The notes under the pieces are model-generated. The model saw only the letters and a list, made by a program, of their open reading frames with translations, searched no databases and was not told where the DNA came from. This document shows positions 23,541 through 35,900 of a stretch of 64,000 bases of DNA, piece after piece; the stretch's first letter is position 1; each line of letters starts with the position of its first letter. The DNA lies in assembly GCA_964016885.1 (NCBI GenBank), contig OZ024755.1:22754001-22818000 (forward strand), written 5' to 3'. A program made the position numbers and the translations under genes. This stretch comes from Eledone cirrhosa (Eukaryota).

Positions 23541-26500
23541 CTGAAATGAGAGAAGATCTATTTTACAATGGCTCTGAAGCGGAGAATGCATGTGTGTATG
23601 TATATAAATGACTGACACATTTTAAACCGGTACAATGCGGTAGAAACATATAAAGGGCAAAGGATGACAAACAAAACAAAGTAATGTTTTATCCAGTATA
23701 TTTCAACATCCTTTGCCCATTATATATTTCTACCACATGGTACTGGCTTTTTGAAACTAGTCATTTATTATATATCTCAATACATTATATTAAATATATA
23801 AATGAATATATATATATATATATATCATAAAACAATGAACTAATTACCTATGACTTCTGGGGGATTTTTTAAAATTGTTCTATGCACAAACACACACACG
23901 TATGTGTGTGTGTTTGTGTATATATATTTGGCTACAAACATATGAAAGAAAAGACCAATCAATACATAATGTAAAAATTAAGAGTAATTATATGTGTTAG
24001 TGTGTTTTGAACAATGAAAATAAAACAAAAGGTGAAGATAGGTACTTAATTAGTTCATTGTTTCATGATCGTTCCAGAGGGTTGACTGATCAGAATAAAT
24101 TGATATAGTGACTAATTGGTACAAAACAGCTCAGTTGGTAGCGTGGAGGACTGTAGTTTAGTTATTCTTAATTGACGATGATGATATATCTATATCATCT
24201 ATTTATATATATATATATATATATATGACTAGACCATTTGTAACACAAACTTCAGGAATCCAGCTGGTCACTTACCAATCAAGTGAACACATAAGACAGA
24301 TTGATTTATATTCTTACAGCAGATGATTGAAAACACTAAACCTTTCCTTGGGGAAAATGCACCCCCAACATAGGTTAGTAATTAGTAACTTTAGAGTGTG
24401 AATTAGACACTGACAAACATCTGAGACAGTCTGGAGAAGAAAGATAAGGAAGTAGACAGATGATAGTGAAATTTTGCAGTAAACTAAAGTAAAGACTAAA
24501 TTTTTATGTGATGCAGTCATTGTGCCGTTTTGTATTTTTCAAGAATATCTTTCTGTGATTTCATGTGGTATAGAATGTTAAGAGTTTAAGAACAAAAGAA
24601 TAAAACAAAACTGAACCTCTTTATATCGGGAGTTGTGGAGGTCTTCTTGGAGGGTCATGATAATTTGGTCAATACTTGTTAAGGGTACCCATAAAGAAAA
24701 TGGTTTGTTTATTACATATCCCTGTTGAGAAAGAAAATTAAATACATGAGCATAAGTAATATCTTGTTAAGTAACTACTCGATAATGGCATCATAAAGTA
24801 TTAGCTTGTTAAGTTTGTTTATACCATATCCCTGTTGAGAAAACAAATTAACCTGTTAGCATTTAAACCGGCCATATCCGGCCAGAATTCTCTCACCCCT
24901 TACTGTTCAAACCAGCTGTAATCGGCTGCTCATACCAATGTTAAGGTATTATTGTTCTCAAAATAAATAATATCAAAATCTTGTAGCTTTGATAATATGT
25001 GAGATAAAGCCTTTACCATGAAAATACAATAGTAAATATAGAGTAATGTAAATGCTAAAGGGTTAAATACATTAGCTTAATTAATGCACAAACCACTTAA
25101 CAAATGCTACAACAAAGACCACAAAATTTAGACAACAGGCTTTGTAGATTATATTGATCGCAGGATTGAGGACAAATTGTGACTGGAGAGAAATCAAAAT
25201 GCTATGGTACGCTGGATATGTGATATCAAAATCAGAGTCTACATGGCATCTCTCTACCAAAAATTAAAGATACCAGCACTCGACTATGTTTTAAGATCAC
25301 ACAGACTGCATCGGTTTGGACATGTGAAGAACCAGAGTGGTGGGTGGATACATCAATGAACCAAAACTGTGGCTCCTGATAGGCGGGGATGGAAACCACC
25401 CACATAAGACCTGGGAAAAGGTAGTCAGGGATGATCTGAAAGCCTGGATCGTCGTTGTCATTTAACGTCCATCTTCTATACTAGTATGGGTTGGACCAAA
25501 AACTATCTCTGGAATGAACACTCTGGAGGAGATGCTTTGAAAAAGGCCACCAAAACGTCCAATGCTTGTGCTAAAAGAAGACAAACTAGATGATGATGAT
25601 GGTCATAGTAAGGCAGTGAATTGGCAGAGTTGTTAGGGTGTTGGATGAAAAATGCCTGAATATTATATTCTGGCTCACTACATTCATTCAGAATTCAAAT
25701 CACATTATAAACTTTGCCTTTTTATCTTTTCAAAGTGGAAAAATGAATATATTCGTGAAATAAGTACCCATACTTAAAAATAAGGGGTGGCAACAGGAAG
25801 GGCATCTGGTTCAAAACATTCTCGTGCAACAAATACCAATATGGAAAAGTAGAGGTAAAAACGATGAATATCAGTATAAGAGATAATTGTTTCTACTATT
25901 GGCACAATGCCAGCAATTACCCAGTACATTACTGGTACTTTATTTTATCGACCCCGTAAGGATGAAAGGCAAAGTTAACTTCGGCGGGATCTGAACTCAG
26001 AATGGCAAGGGCCGTAACTCTATGCGTCAAAGCAAGGCGTCCGACCATCTACCGACACTGCCAATTCACCAAGATAATGTGATGGAGCAAGACATTGCTG
26101 GACTGCGTCGAATTAGACATCATTTATAGAGAGTAATGATGGTGCTATTATCACCACCACCACTGCTGACTCATTACCATCATTCTCATCCTTCAACCAC
26201 ATCCACCATCAACATCAAAACTCCCTCATCACATCATCCTCACCACGAACACCACCTCATCACATCATATTCATCATCATCATCTATAGTAATGAAATGT
26301 GAATAAAGCACAAAGAAAATGCCCAATTTACCAAGTGTTACCTTTACAAACAACCAACTTACTTTAAGTCTGTATAGGTGATTGTCTTGACCCTGCAATG
26401 TACCTAACACAGCATCAAAGTACTCAAGAATAACAGCAACAGCTTCTTCTAATTTGTCAAATCCAATATATAAACGTATTAATTCTGCAAAGTCCAGTGT

Positions 26501-29368
26501 CTGGAAATAAACAAATAGTTAAATTAGTGACTTGTTACTATTTGGAATAGCATTTTTATGTTTCAATTAATATACTCCCGTCTTTGGACGGCCACGCAAA
26601 TGCTCCTCTTTATTTCAGGCATGGAAAACTAAAATCAACACCAATTCATCTCTCCCTCCCCTCCCCAAGCTTTCATCTTCTTCCTCTCACTCTTCCTGTG
26701 AATTCCATAACTTCAGAGCTGGTACCATCAATGTAGGTACAACGAAAGGACGGTCAGGTGAGATGGCAGAGATGCTTGAATGAAAGAAAGCTGATGTATG
26801 CTATGTACAAAAGACTAGATGGAGGGGAGGGCCAGTTAAGTTCCTTGTGGGCAAAAACTGATGCTACAAATTTTTTGGGGTGGGAAATGATAATGGGTAG
26901 GGTGAAGTAGGGATCATGTTGGCAGAAAAATGGGTAGATAAGGTAATTGTTGTAGACAGAGTGAATGACAGAATCATTAAAATTAGACTAGTACTAAACA
27001 GAACAACTGTGTCAATTATATCTGCTTACGCACCACAATCTGGTCTGCTGGATGTACTAAAAGACAGGTTCTGAGTCCCTAATGCACTCTACACTGAGGT
27101 TATGGGTTTGGTGCTAGAAATGAGGAAGATTTCAGGCTAGATGATTTAAAAAATTTATTATTATTAGTTTTATTCCCACTTGGGCCTGTCATTGCATTAC
27201 CTGGCACAGCTATGTGTACCTTGGCTGTTGTTTCTATTGTATTGAAAGTACTTGTAATATGTGTGTAGTGGCTAGTAGTGTTATTTTCTCAATGTTGTGT
27301 ATATATACATATATACCTCATGGTCGGGTCGTTGGCAACTAAACTGGCAACGCCACCAAGGTTTCTTGGTGAGGAGGGTGACTTTGGACATCCTGCAGGA
27401 CTAAAAACAAAACCTGTCAAAGGGCAAAGGAGCTCTTAAGAGTCAATGGCCATTCAAAATCACCGGGAGAGATGATCCCTTAGCCTTTGTCAAGGCAGAA
27501 TTCTAGGAGAAGGAAAACTCTGATATAACACCTGCAACCCTGATGGTATCCAATGATGTTGACTTGTTCTTCTTTTTGGTAAATATCTTCTTGGTTAAGA
27601 GAGTGGGACTGGCTTTGTGCAGTGCCTTTGCTCACTATAAAAGCTTCACGGCACAGGCATTGCTTTATATCTGGAGATCTCTCTGCACTTGTCGTCTCAT
27701 GGTACCATGGGCCCAGCACTATGTGTCAATAATTGTCACAAGTGTAGTGTTTGTACCAGAGTTTTCAAGTCGCTGGCTGGACTAAAAAGTCACACTCGTT
27801 CAGCGCATCGGTAGGGTTTCTCCTACATGGATATAAAGTAGTGGCCGTACTTGAAAACGAGTTGGTAGCCACCATATATATATATATATATATATATACA
27901 GGTAAAATTCCGTTATACTGAAAAATTCATTATAACAAAATTTCTTTCAATTCTCAGCCACACGCTCGATGTGTAAGGTCGATCTCATTATAAAGAATTT
28001 TTCTTTACAACAAATTTCTTTTTAGACCCTGTGAATTTCGTTATAACGGAATTTCACTGTCTATATATATTTGTAAGTCCTGGTGTTTTGGTTATGTATC
28101 TGTGTGATTTCTTTTTATCATTCTCAGAGTACCTATTATTATAGAAATCATTTGTTTTCATCATCTATATTTGAGGTATTTCTATCTCCATATTTTTATA
28201 TTTTGATAGTAATAAGAATGTATTCATCAAGAGAGGATGAGAAGAAAACATTTGGAAAGTAGAAAAGTTAGTAGCCCTACCTTATAAGGATTTACAAACC
28301 AGGTTGGGAGTTTGAAATCATGAGAGAGCAGTTTTAATGCAGTACAGCGGTGGTAACGGGCGTTTGGTTCTTCATATTTACTCAAATAAGTTTTCAATAA
28401 CAACCAGGCTTGGTCGGATGCACTATAATAACAATAACAACATTAATAATAATAAGTAGTTTTTGATTTAGGCACAAGGCAAACAATTTATATATTGATG
28501 GGGAGAGGAAAGTCAATTAAATTGACCCCAGTGCATTACTGGTACTTTATTTTATCAACCCTGTAAGGATGAAAAGCAAAGCTAACCTTGGCGGGATTTG
28601 AACTCAGGATGTAAAGGGACGCAAGTAACAATATTCCGTTAAGCATATTGTCAGCCACTCTACCTATAGTGCCAATCTACCGGGATGACAAGAACAACAA
28701 CAACAACAATAGTAATGATAATAATGCTTTCTACTTTTGGCACAAGGCCAGCAATTACCCAGTACATTACTGGTACTTTATTTTATCGACCCCGTAAGAA
28801 TAATGGTTTCTACTTTTGGCACAAGGGCCAGCAATTATCTCAGTGCTTTATTTACTTTACTGGTGCTTTAGTTTATCGACCCCCATAAGGATGAAAGGCA
28901 AAGTTAACCTTGGTGGGATTTGAACTCAGAACGTAAAGGGCTAAAACTATGCTGCAAAGCATGGTGTTTAACGCTCTACCGATACTGTCTAATAAATAGA
29001 CAGTGCATTTCATTAGAAATACGGTAATAATTTAACATGCTTTCAATTATTGTATGACTGCAAACTCAATAATACAAAAAAAAAATAATAAAAAATAACT
29101 GAAAACTATGGAAATGTTAACAGTTATTGAATTAGCACTTACCTACATACTTTGGTAATTAAACCCTGAGGTATTTCATTTTCCTTCAGCCATTGCCATG
29201 CATTTTCTGTTACATTTTCATCACTTTCACTGACAGATTCACACAGGGACAAGGTCACACATCTGTATAGAATGGAAAATAAAATAAAATATAATATATT
29301 TTGGCTCTGTACATTACATAGAGTGCCTATTTTCACGATCTATTTCTTTGCAAACTTTTGGCTATAGA

Positions 29369-29406
<38 letters not shown>

Positions 29407-29895
29407 TCATCATCGTTTAACGTCTATCTTCCACGCTAGCATGGGTTTAGACGGGAATCGTCCCACTTGAGGCAAGATTGGTTGTCTTGCTTGTATAGGA
29501 CTGTCTGGCAGGTTTTCTACAGCTGGATGCCCTTCCTAACAACAATCATGTTTACAAAAAACGTAAGAAAATTAACAAAGAAAAGACAAGACAATGAACG
29601 GAAACAAAACAAAATGGTGAAAAATTTTTTAAGGGCAAACCTTGAAAAAAATTATTTAAAAATTATAAAAAAAAAATAAATATACAAATGAAGGACACAG
29701 AACTCCATGGTCATTGATTGTTGAGATGGACTTGGGCAGTTTCGACTCTTACCAACAGTACTGCTGGTTCATCCAGGGTCACAGCATCTGACATAAGCCA
29801 AACACTGTTCAAAGAAGTAAGAGGCGAAAACTAGCCGTGAAACTACAAAAAGCATACAATTTTGTGTAACATTAAGGAAAATGTCTGGTGCCTCT

Positions 29896-29933
<38 letters not shown>

Positions 29934-32900
29934 TACATACAACAAACTCTGAAAACATCAAACAACTAAAAAAGTTTGGAAAAGAAAGGGAGCCACCCAT
30001 AGTACAAGAACTGCAGCACATTAAAACAATATATTCACAGATACATGCAAATAAATAAGTTTTACCGTAAAGCTAAATTTTCAAACACAGGATTTAAGGG
30101 TAGATTGTATGCTTTGCAAATAATGATAGCCCGGTCGAAAAGTCCAACACTAACCAGTATACCAACCATTTCATCAGGTTGTATGGTAGGACCTGCAAAG
30201 TAAATGAAATTGATAATACTTACATATTGTTTAGTATAACAACTTTTAAGAATTTGTATCGGTAAATTGGCAAAGGAATATCATTCAAAATAGGATTATC
30301 TTATAAGATCGTAAAATCCTTGCAAAAGAAATCCCTCAAGTAGCAATCCCGTTGTTGAGTACAGGTGAGCCCTAATCAAGCAGACTCAATTAAAAGTATT
30401 CCAGCCGTGACTATTTCACCCTTTTCCTATGCAAAAAAAAAAACTAGGCTAAAAACATTAAAATTAACAAACAATATTAACCCTTTCACAACCATATTTC
30501 TATTTCAATTAATTAATTAATAAAGCATTTTGAGGGCTTTACTAAAATTATTTAATTATTTCATAATTATGATAGCAACTTAACATATGGATCTTATACA
30601 AAATTTTGTCGGAAGATATTTTAATTTCAATAGGAATCCTTTAAAATGGAAGGTTTTATTTCCATAAAACCAGAGCTGGTTTGGGCCAGCTTCATATCAA
30701 AAGGGTTAATACAAGGGTTAGCTGAAAACTTTATAGGTCTGACCAAGATATTCATTGAATGACAAAATGAGGATTATTTTTCAACATAGTCCCTGGAAAG
30801 AAATAATGCAGTTATTAACACGAAGAGTTGAAATTAATGCATGTAAGATTTCACAGCACTAGCATCAATCCTTCATAGTCAGACTATGAACCTTTGAGTC
30901 TACCCTCGTACAAACCACCAAACTTCAGAAATTTGTAATATAATGGTTAATTTACCTGATGCTATCAGTAGATCTGCATCTTTTTTAATTAAACGTAGCC
31001 GAGCATCCACAAGGAGATATTCTTTTTCCAGATCTTCTATTGTAACTATTTCAAGTTGTCGTTTAGGAGCTGAGAAAGAACAAGAGATTGTAAACTAATA
31101 ACAACACAAAATTTCAAGATAATGTCTGAAATTGAGAAAACAAAACGAAAAGAATTAATATAATATATTACCATCATTATCATTTAATGGCCATTTTCCC
31201 AGCTAACAAAGCCTCGACAGATCCTCAGACCAAGTCAGTACTTAATTGAAAGTACTTGACTGAAGGGGGGTGGGGTGGGTTTGTATTTTATTCACATATA
31301 TTCCCACACTGGATAAATTTTATCATGGCACCACCACTAAGAGTGTTGTCATGTCTTTAACACAACAGAAGAGCCCTCTTGAGTCTTTTTGGAAAGTTTT
31401 CTACAGCTGAATGCTCTACTTATCACCAATCACTTTACAGAGTGTACCGGGTGTGTTTTATTGTGTCACAAACATTAAAGAGGTTTTGCTGCACTTGATA
31501 AAAGAGTCCTTTTGAGAAACATTATGTAACAGACAACAAACATACCCGCAAATTTGCAAAACAGCAGGCTATTGAGTGACTTAACTAAACTCTGAAAAAT
31601 TACACCCAGCTTTGTGGTCATTCATATATCAATACTCTGTTATGTAACCCATGCTAGCGTGGAAGATAGACGTTAAATGATGATGATGAACGATGATGTA
31701 TCAGCCTATAAGAATCAATGCCATAGTTGGAATGGTACAACTGATGTGGAGTGCTTAACACTGCTTACACTTCAATTAAGGTGACACAAATGCCACATTA
31801 ATTAATTAATAACTTAAATAAAGACAATAACCAATATATATATATATACACATATGCATACATATATATATATATACATAAATATATACATACATACAGA
31901 TACACACACACACAAAAGCTCACCATCGGTTTCTATTTTTTCTTCACCATCAAGATACCGTTTTGGAGAAGTTATATCTTCAGCTGTCTGAAAAATAAAA
32001 AGTTTTCATAAATAAAAAACATGTAAATTTTCTCAAATTTCAGCACGCACTAAGAACAATAAATTAATAGCAAGTATGGCAATTAGTTACTTATAATAAT
32101 ATGTTAACTAGGCTGCCAGTATTGGTAGAGAGTCGGACGCCATGCTTTGCAGCATAGAGTTACGGCCCTTTATGGTCCGAGTTCAAATCCCACAGAGGTT
32201 CACTTTGCCTTCAATCCTTACGGGGTAAAATAAAGTACCAGTAATGCACTGAGATAATTGCTGGCCTTGTGCCAAAAGTAGATACAATTATTATATTAAG
32301 TACCAGTAATACACTGGGATAATTGCTAGCCTTGTGCCAAAAGTAGAAACAATTATTTTAGTTGTTTCAATCCTGTTTTAGCTGTTGTACTCTCCAGTTA
32401 TTTTCAGGTGTCATATTTTCATAGTTTTTAAGTAAATCTTTGTTTCAATTCACCTACTTGCTCTACGAACAGCAGCATAGTCAATATGTAGGCCCCCTTC
32501 AGTCATGAATGACTAAGGGTTTGTACCTACAAAGTTCTCCTCCGAGGCACTAGCCTAGACAAGGTGCTTTTGTGGAATACCAACAGTCGCGCATGCATAC
32601 CAGTTTCTCCTCTGCACCACGCTACCGATGTTGTCCAAGATGTAGCTTGACATCAGCAACGTCACAACTCCTTTATTAGACCAACATGAAATATAGGACA
32701 ATACACTGCAGGGTCCAGGAATCGAACTTACAACCTCATGATTGTGAGCCCAATGCTCTAACCTCTAAGTCACATGCCTTCACATAGTCAATACAAGGAG
32801 TGGTTAAAACCCCTAAATAAAGAAAGAGCATGTAATGCATTATTTTCACTAAGGGTGATCGACTAGCAGTATTCATAAGAGAGCCGGACGCCATGCTTTG

Positions 32901-35900
32901 CAGCATTGAGTTACGGCCCATTATGGCCAGAGTTCAAATCCCACCAAGGTTAACTTTACCTTTCATCCTTATGGGGTCAATAAAATAAAGCACCTGTAAT
33001 GCACTGGGGTAATTGCCGGCCTTGTGTCAAAAGTAGAAACAATTATTCTATCTTAATTTAGATATTTTACAAGATTTGGTTTACTGTATGTGGTGCTTGA
33101 CAAACAACTCATTAAAATTAGAGCAAACTAGATTTGGTTACATATACACAATTGATTAAACCCTGTAGGATTAATAAACCATTTTAAGTATATATAAGTC
33201 ACTTACTGAATGAGTTAAATGATTTGGTATAGGCTTCACCACCCAAGCATATTCTGGTTTTGCTAACCGTAAGGCATGCATTGCAGCCAAATAACACTGC
33301 ACTTGGCGCTGAAGGCCACGAACACCTGGTAATTCTTGCCCCAAGCGAAGACCTTGTTCATACATTACATTGCCGGCTGAAAATGTTTAGAAAAATGAAA
33401 ATAAAATAAAATAAAAAAACACTAAACAACATGCAATGGCTGAGAATAAATTACACCAATGATTGTCCAATTTTTCCACCTCAAGGGGTTTTATCCTCAA
33501 TAAATTCTCAACTATTTCAAAGTAATAAATTATGCGCAGTGGTACTTTCCATGATAACAAAACATAATTTGAAATCTCAATCTTACTAAATGCTTCAGAG
33601 ACTTTACATAATTTTAAATAAAGTTAATGCCTACATTTTTTACTCTAATATCAAGAAAGAATCGTTGGACAGATTTTATGGGCAAAATCAACTAGCAGGA
33701 GACCCAGAGCAAGATGGTTAGATAACAACCATGAGCTTGGCTGGTCTTGCTTGGGGATCCAGCAGCATCAGCTGGGGATGGTTACTTCTGACAGAACCCA
33801 CTGGAAGGAGTGTTTGAGGATTCTTCCCCAACGATCTCTCAGGAATAAGTGGGCAAAGAAGAAGAAGCATATGTATTAATTTGTTTCATTTGTACTTAAC
33901 CATTCCCATACCACTTATCTCCCTTTTAATCTCTTGGAAAAAAAAAAAAAAAACTAACAAAAACAAAAGAAAATAATAAAATGCACATTCATTTCATCAA
34001 AAGTTCCCTCAAAATTGTTTTTAGAAAGATACATAAAAAATTTTCTTCAATATTTCAACAAAAATTTCATGAACAATCTTTTATGATCCCTGATTCATTA
34101 AAATGATAGCCGTCTGAACAATAGAGAGAGAACTAAATAATAATAATAACCAAACGAACCTGCTCTGTAACTATTTCTTGAAATATGTATTGAGAACAAC
34201 AGGTCATAATAATTGTGGGCAGACAAATCAACAGACCTTGCCCGATTCTTTAGAATAGACACCACCTGCAACGACAGACAGGCAAATGTTAACATGAATA
34301 TAAAACAAAGACACTGAGAATAGGTAAAGAGAAACAATTATATATATTAATGACTAACCCTTGCTAGCAGGGAAAATGGACGTTAAATAATGATGATGAT
34401 AATGAGGATATATATATATTTAATATAGAAATGGCTTCTACAAGACTAGAACGGTTTCATTCGGGAGAAATCATCAGGGCTTCCTGATGATTTCTCCCGA
34501 ATGAAACAGTTCTAGTCCTGTAGAAGCCATTTCTATATTAAATATTTATACTCTATGTATTGAGGACCTTACTTACTGTGGTTAACCCCAATTGAACCCG
34601 AGATAAACATATATATATATGAATGTATGTATAGTATATTTGGCAATATACTGTATGTTTAATTAAAAACATTTTGAAGACAATTTGCTACGAGTTTTAA
34701 AGTAGTGACTATGTGTCTTACTTATTCTTGGCAAAAGCAAAGAAGAGTGATCAACAGTCTGATTCTCGCTTGTTAGCATTTATCAAGACCGCTCACTCCT
34801 TTGATTCTGACGAGGGTTATAGAAGCTGGATTCTTATAGAATACCATCATTATTTAACATGCATGGTTCTTTAGAATAGGCCATTTATGATCTGAGTTCA
34901 AAGCCCACCGAGATTAACTTTGCCTTTCATCCTTACAGTGTCAATAAAATAAAGCAACAGTAATGTACTGGAGTAATTGCTGGTCTTGTGCCAAAAGTAG
35001 AAACAATCATTCAACATGCATTTTCTCAACTAGCAAGGGTTTGACGGGTTATCACAAGCCAAGGCAGTACTTAATTGGAATTACTGACTCCTAAAACAGA
35101 ACAGGCATCCACATTTCACTTACAGATTGCACCAGGTGCATTCTTTTGTGACACTATCATTAGGGAGATTGTCATAAGTGTGTGTGTGTGGTATATGTTC
35201 AGAGAATGAATGAATTCAGAGAGGTGATTGAGACTGTGTGCCTATTTTAAACACATAAAATAATACATACACACACACATTAAAATATATATATATATAC
35301 ACACATACATATGTATACATACACATATAAAAAGTATATCATTGAGGTTAATGTTACTGAAGTCATCTGAATATTTGATTTAGTCATGTAACATGAATTT
35401 CTGTTCACATTCAATTTTCTACTTTTGCAAAACAAGTTTTGTGTTGGTACATTCAAATAAATATCTTACCTCTTCTTGCAGATGAATATAGGGAAATCTG
35501 ACCAAAATATTTAACTGCTTACGGTCACACAAAACATTCAGTAATTGGCGTAGGCAATCTTTACAGCTGGAAAGAGGACAAAGATAGGAACATTATCATA
35601 TAAGATGCCAATACCCCATTACCTCCTATCATCCACCAAACATTTCATTTGTTCATTTACCCTTTTGTTACTATATTTCTAATGTAAGTCCCTACTTATG
35701 ATTTTTAAATAATTTAGAAAATTGTCAAGAATTTGGAGGGGGTTTAATAATATAGCCATCTCATTGTTATGTTGGTGTTTGAAACATAACAAAGGTTCTC
35801 ACATAAAATGACGATGCAAGGTTTTTAGATAAATGTAAACATTTAAAAATAAACAGTTTGTATCATAACACCAAGGGCAGTATCAGGTGGTCTGGTATCA

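Noticed and set aside
26130-26285. CAT/CAC-rich stretch suggesting a His-rich exon
   Set aside because: Degenerate trinucleotide repeat in an intron; not needed for the NUP160 frame.
29151-29262. Alternative GTATGT donor 8 nt upstream in a NUP160 exon
   Set aside because: Gives phase 0, incompatible with the next phase-2 exon.
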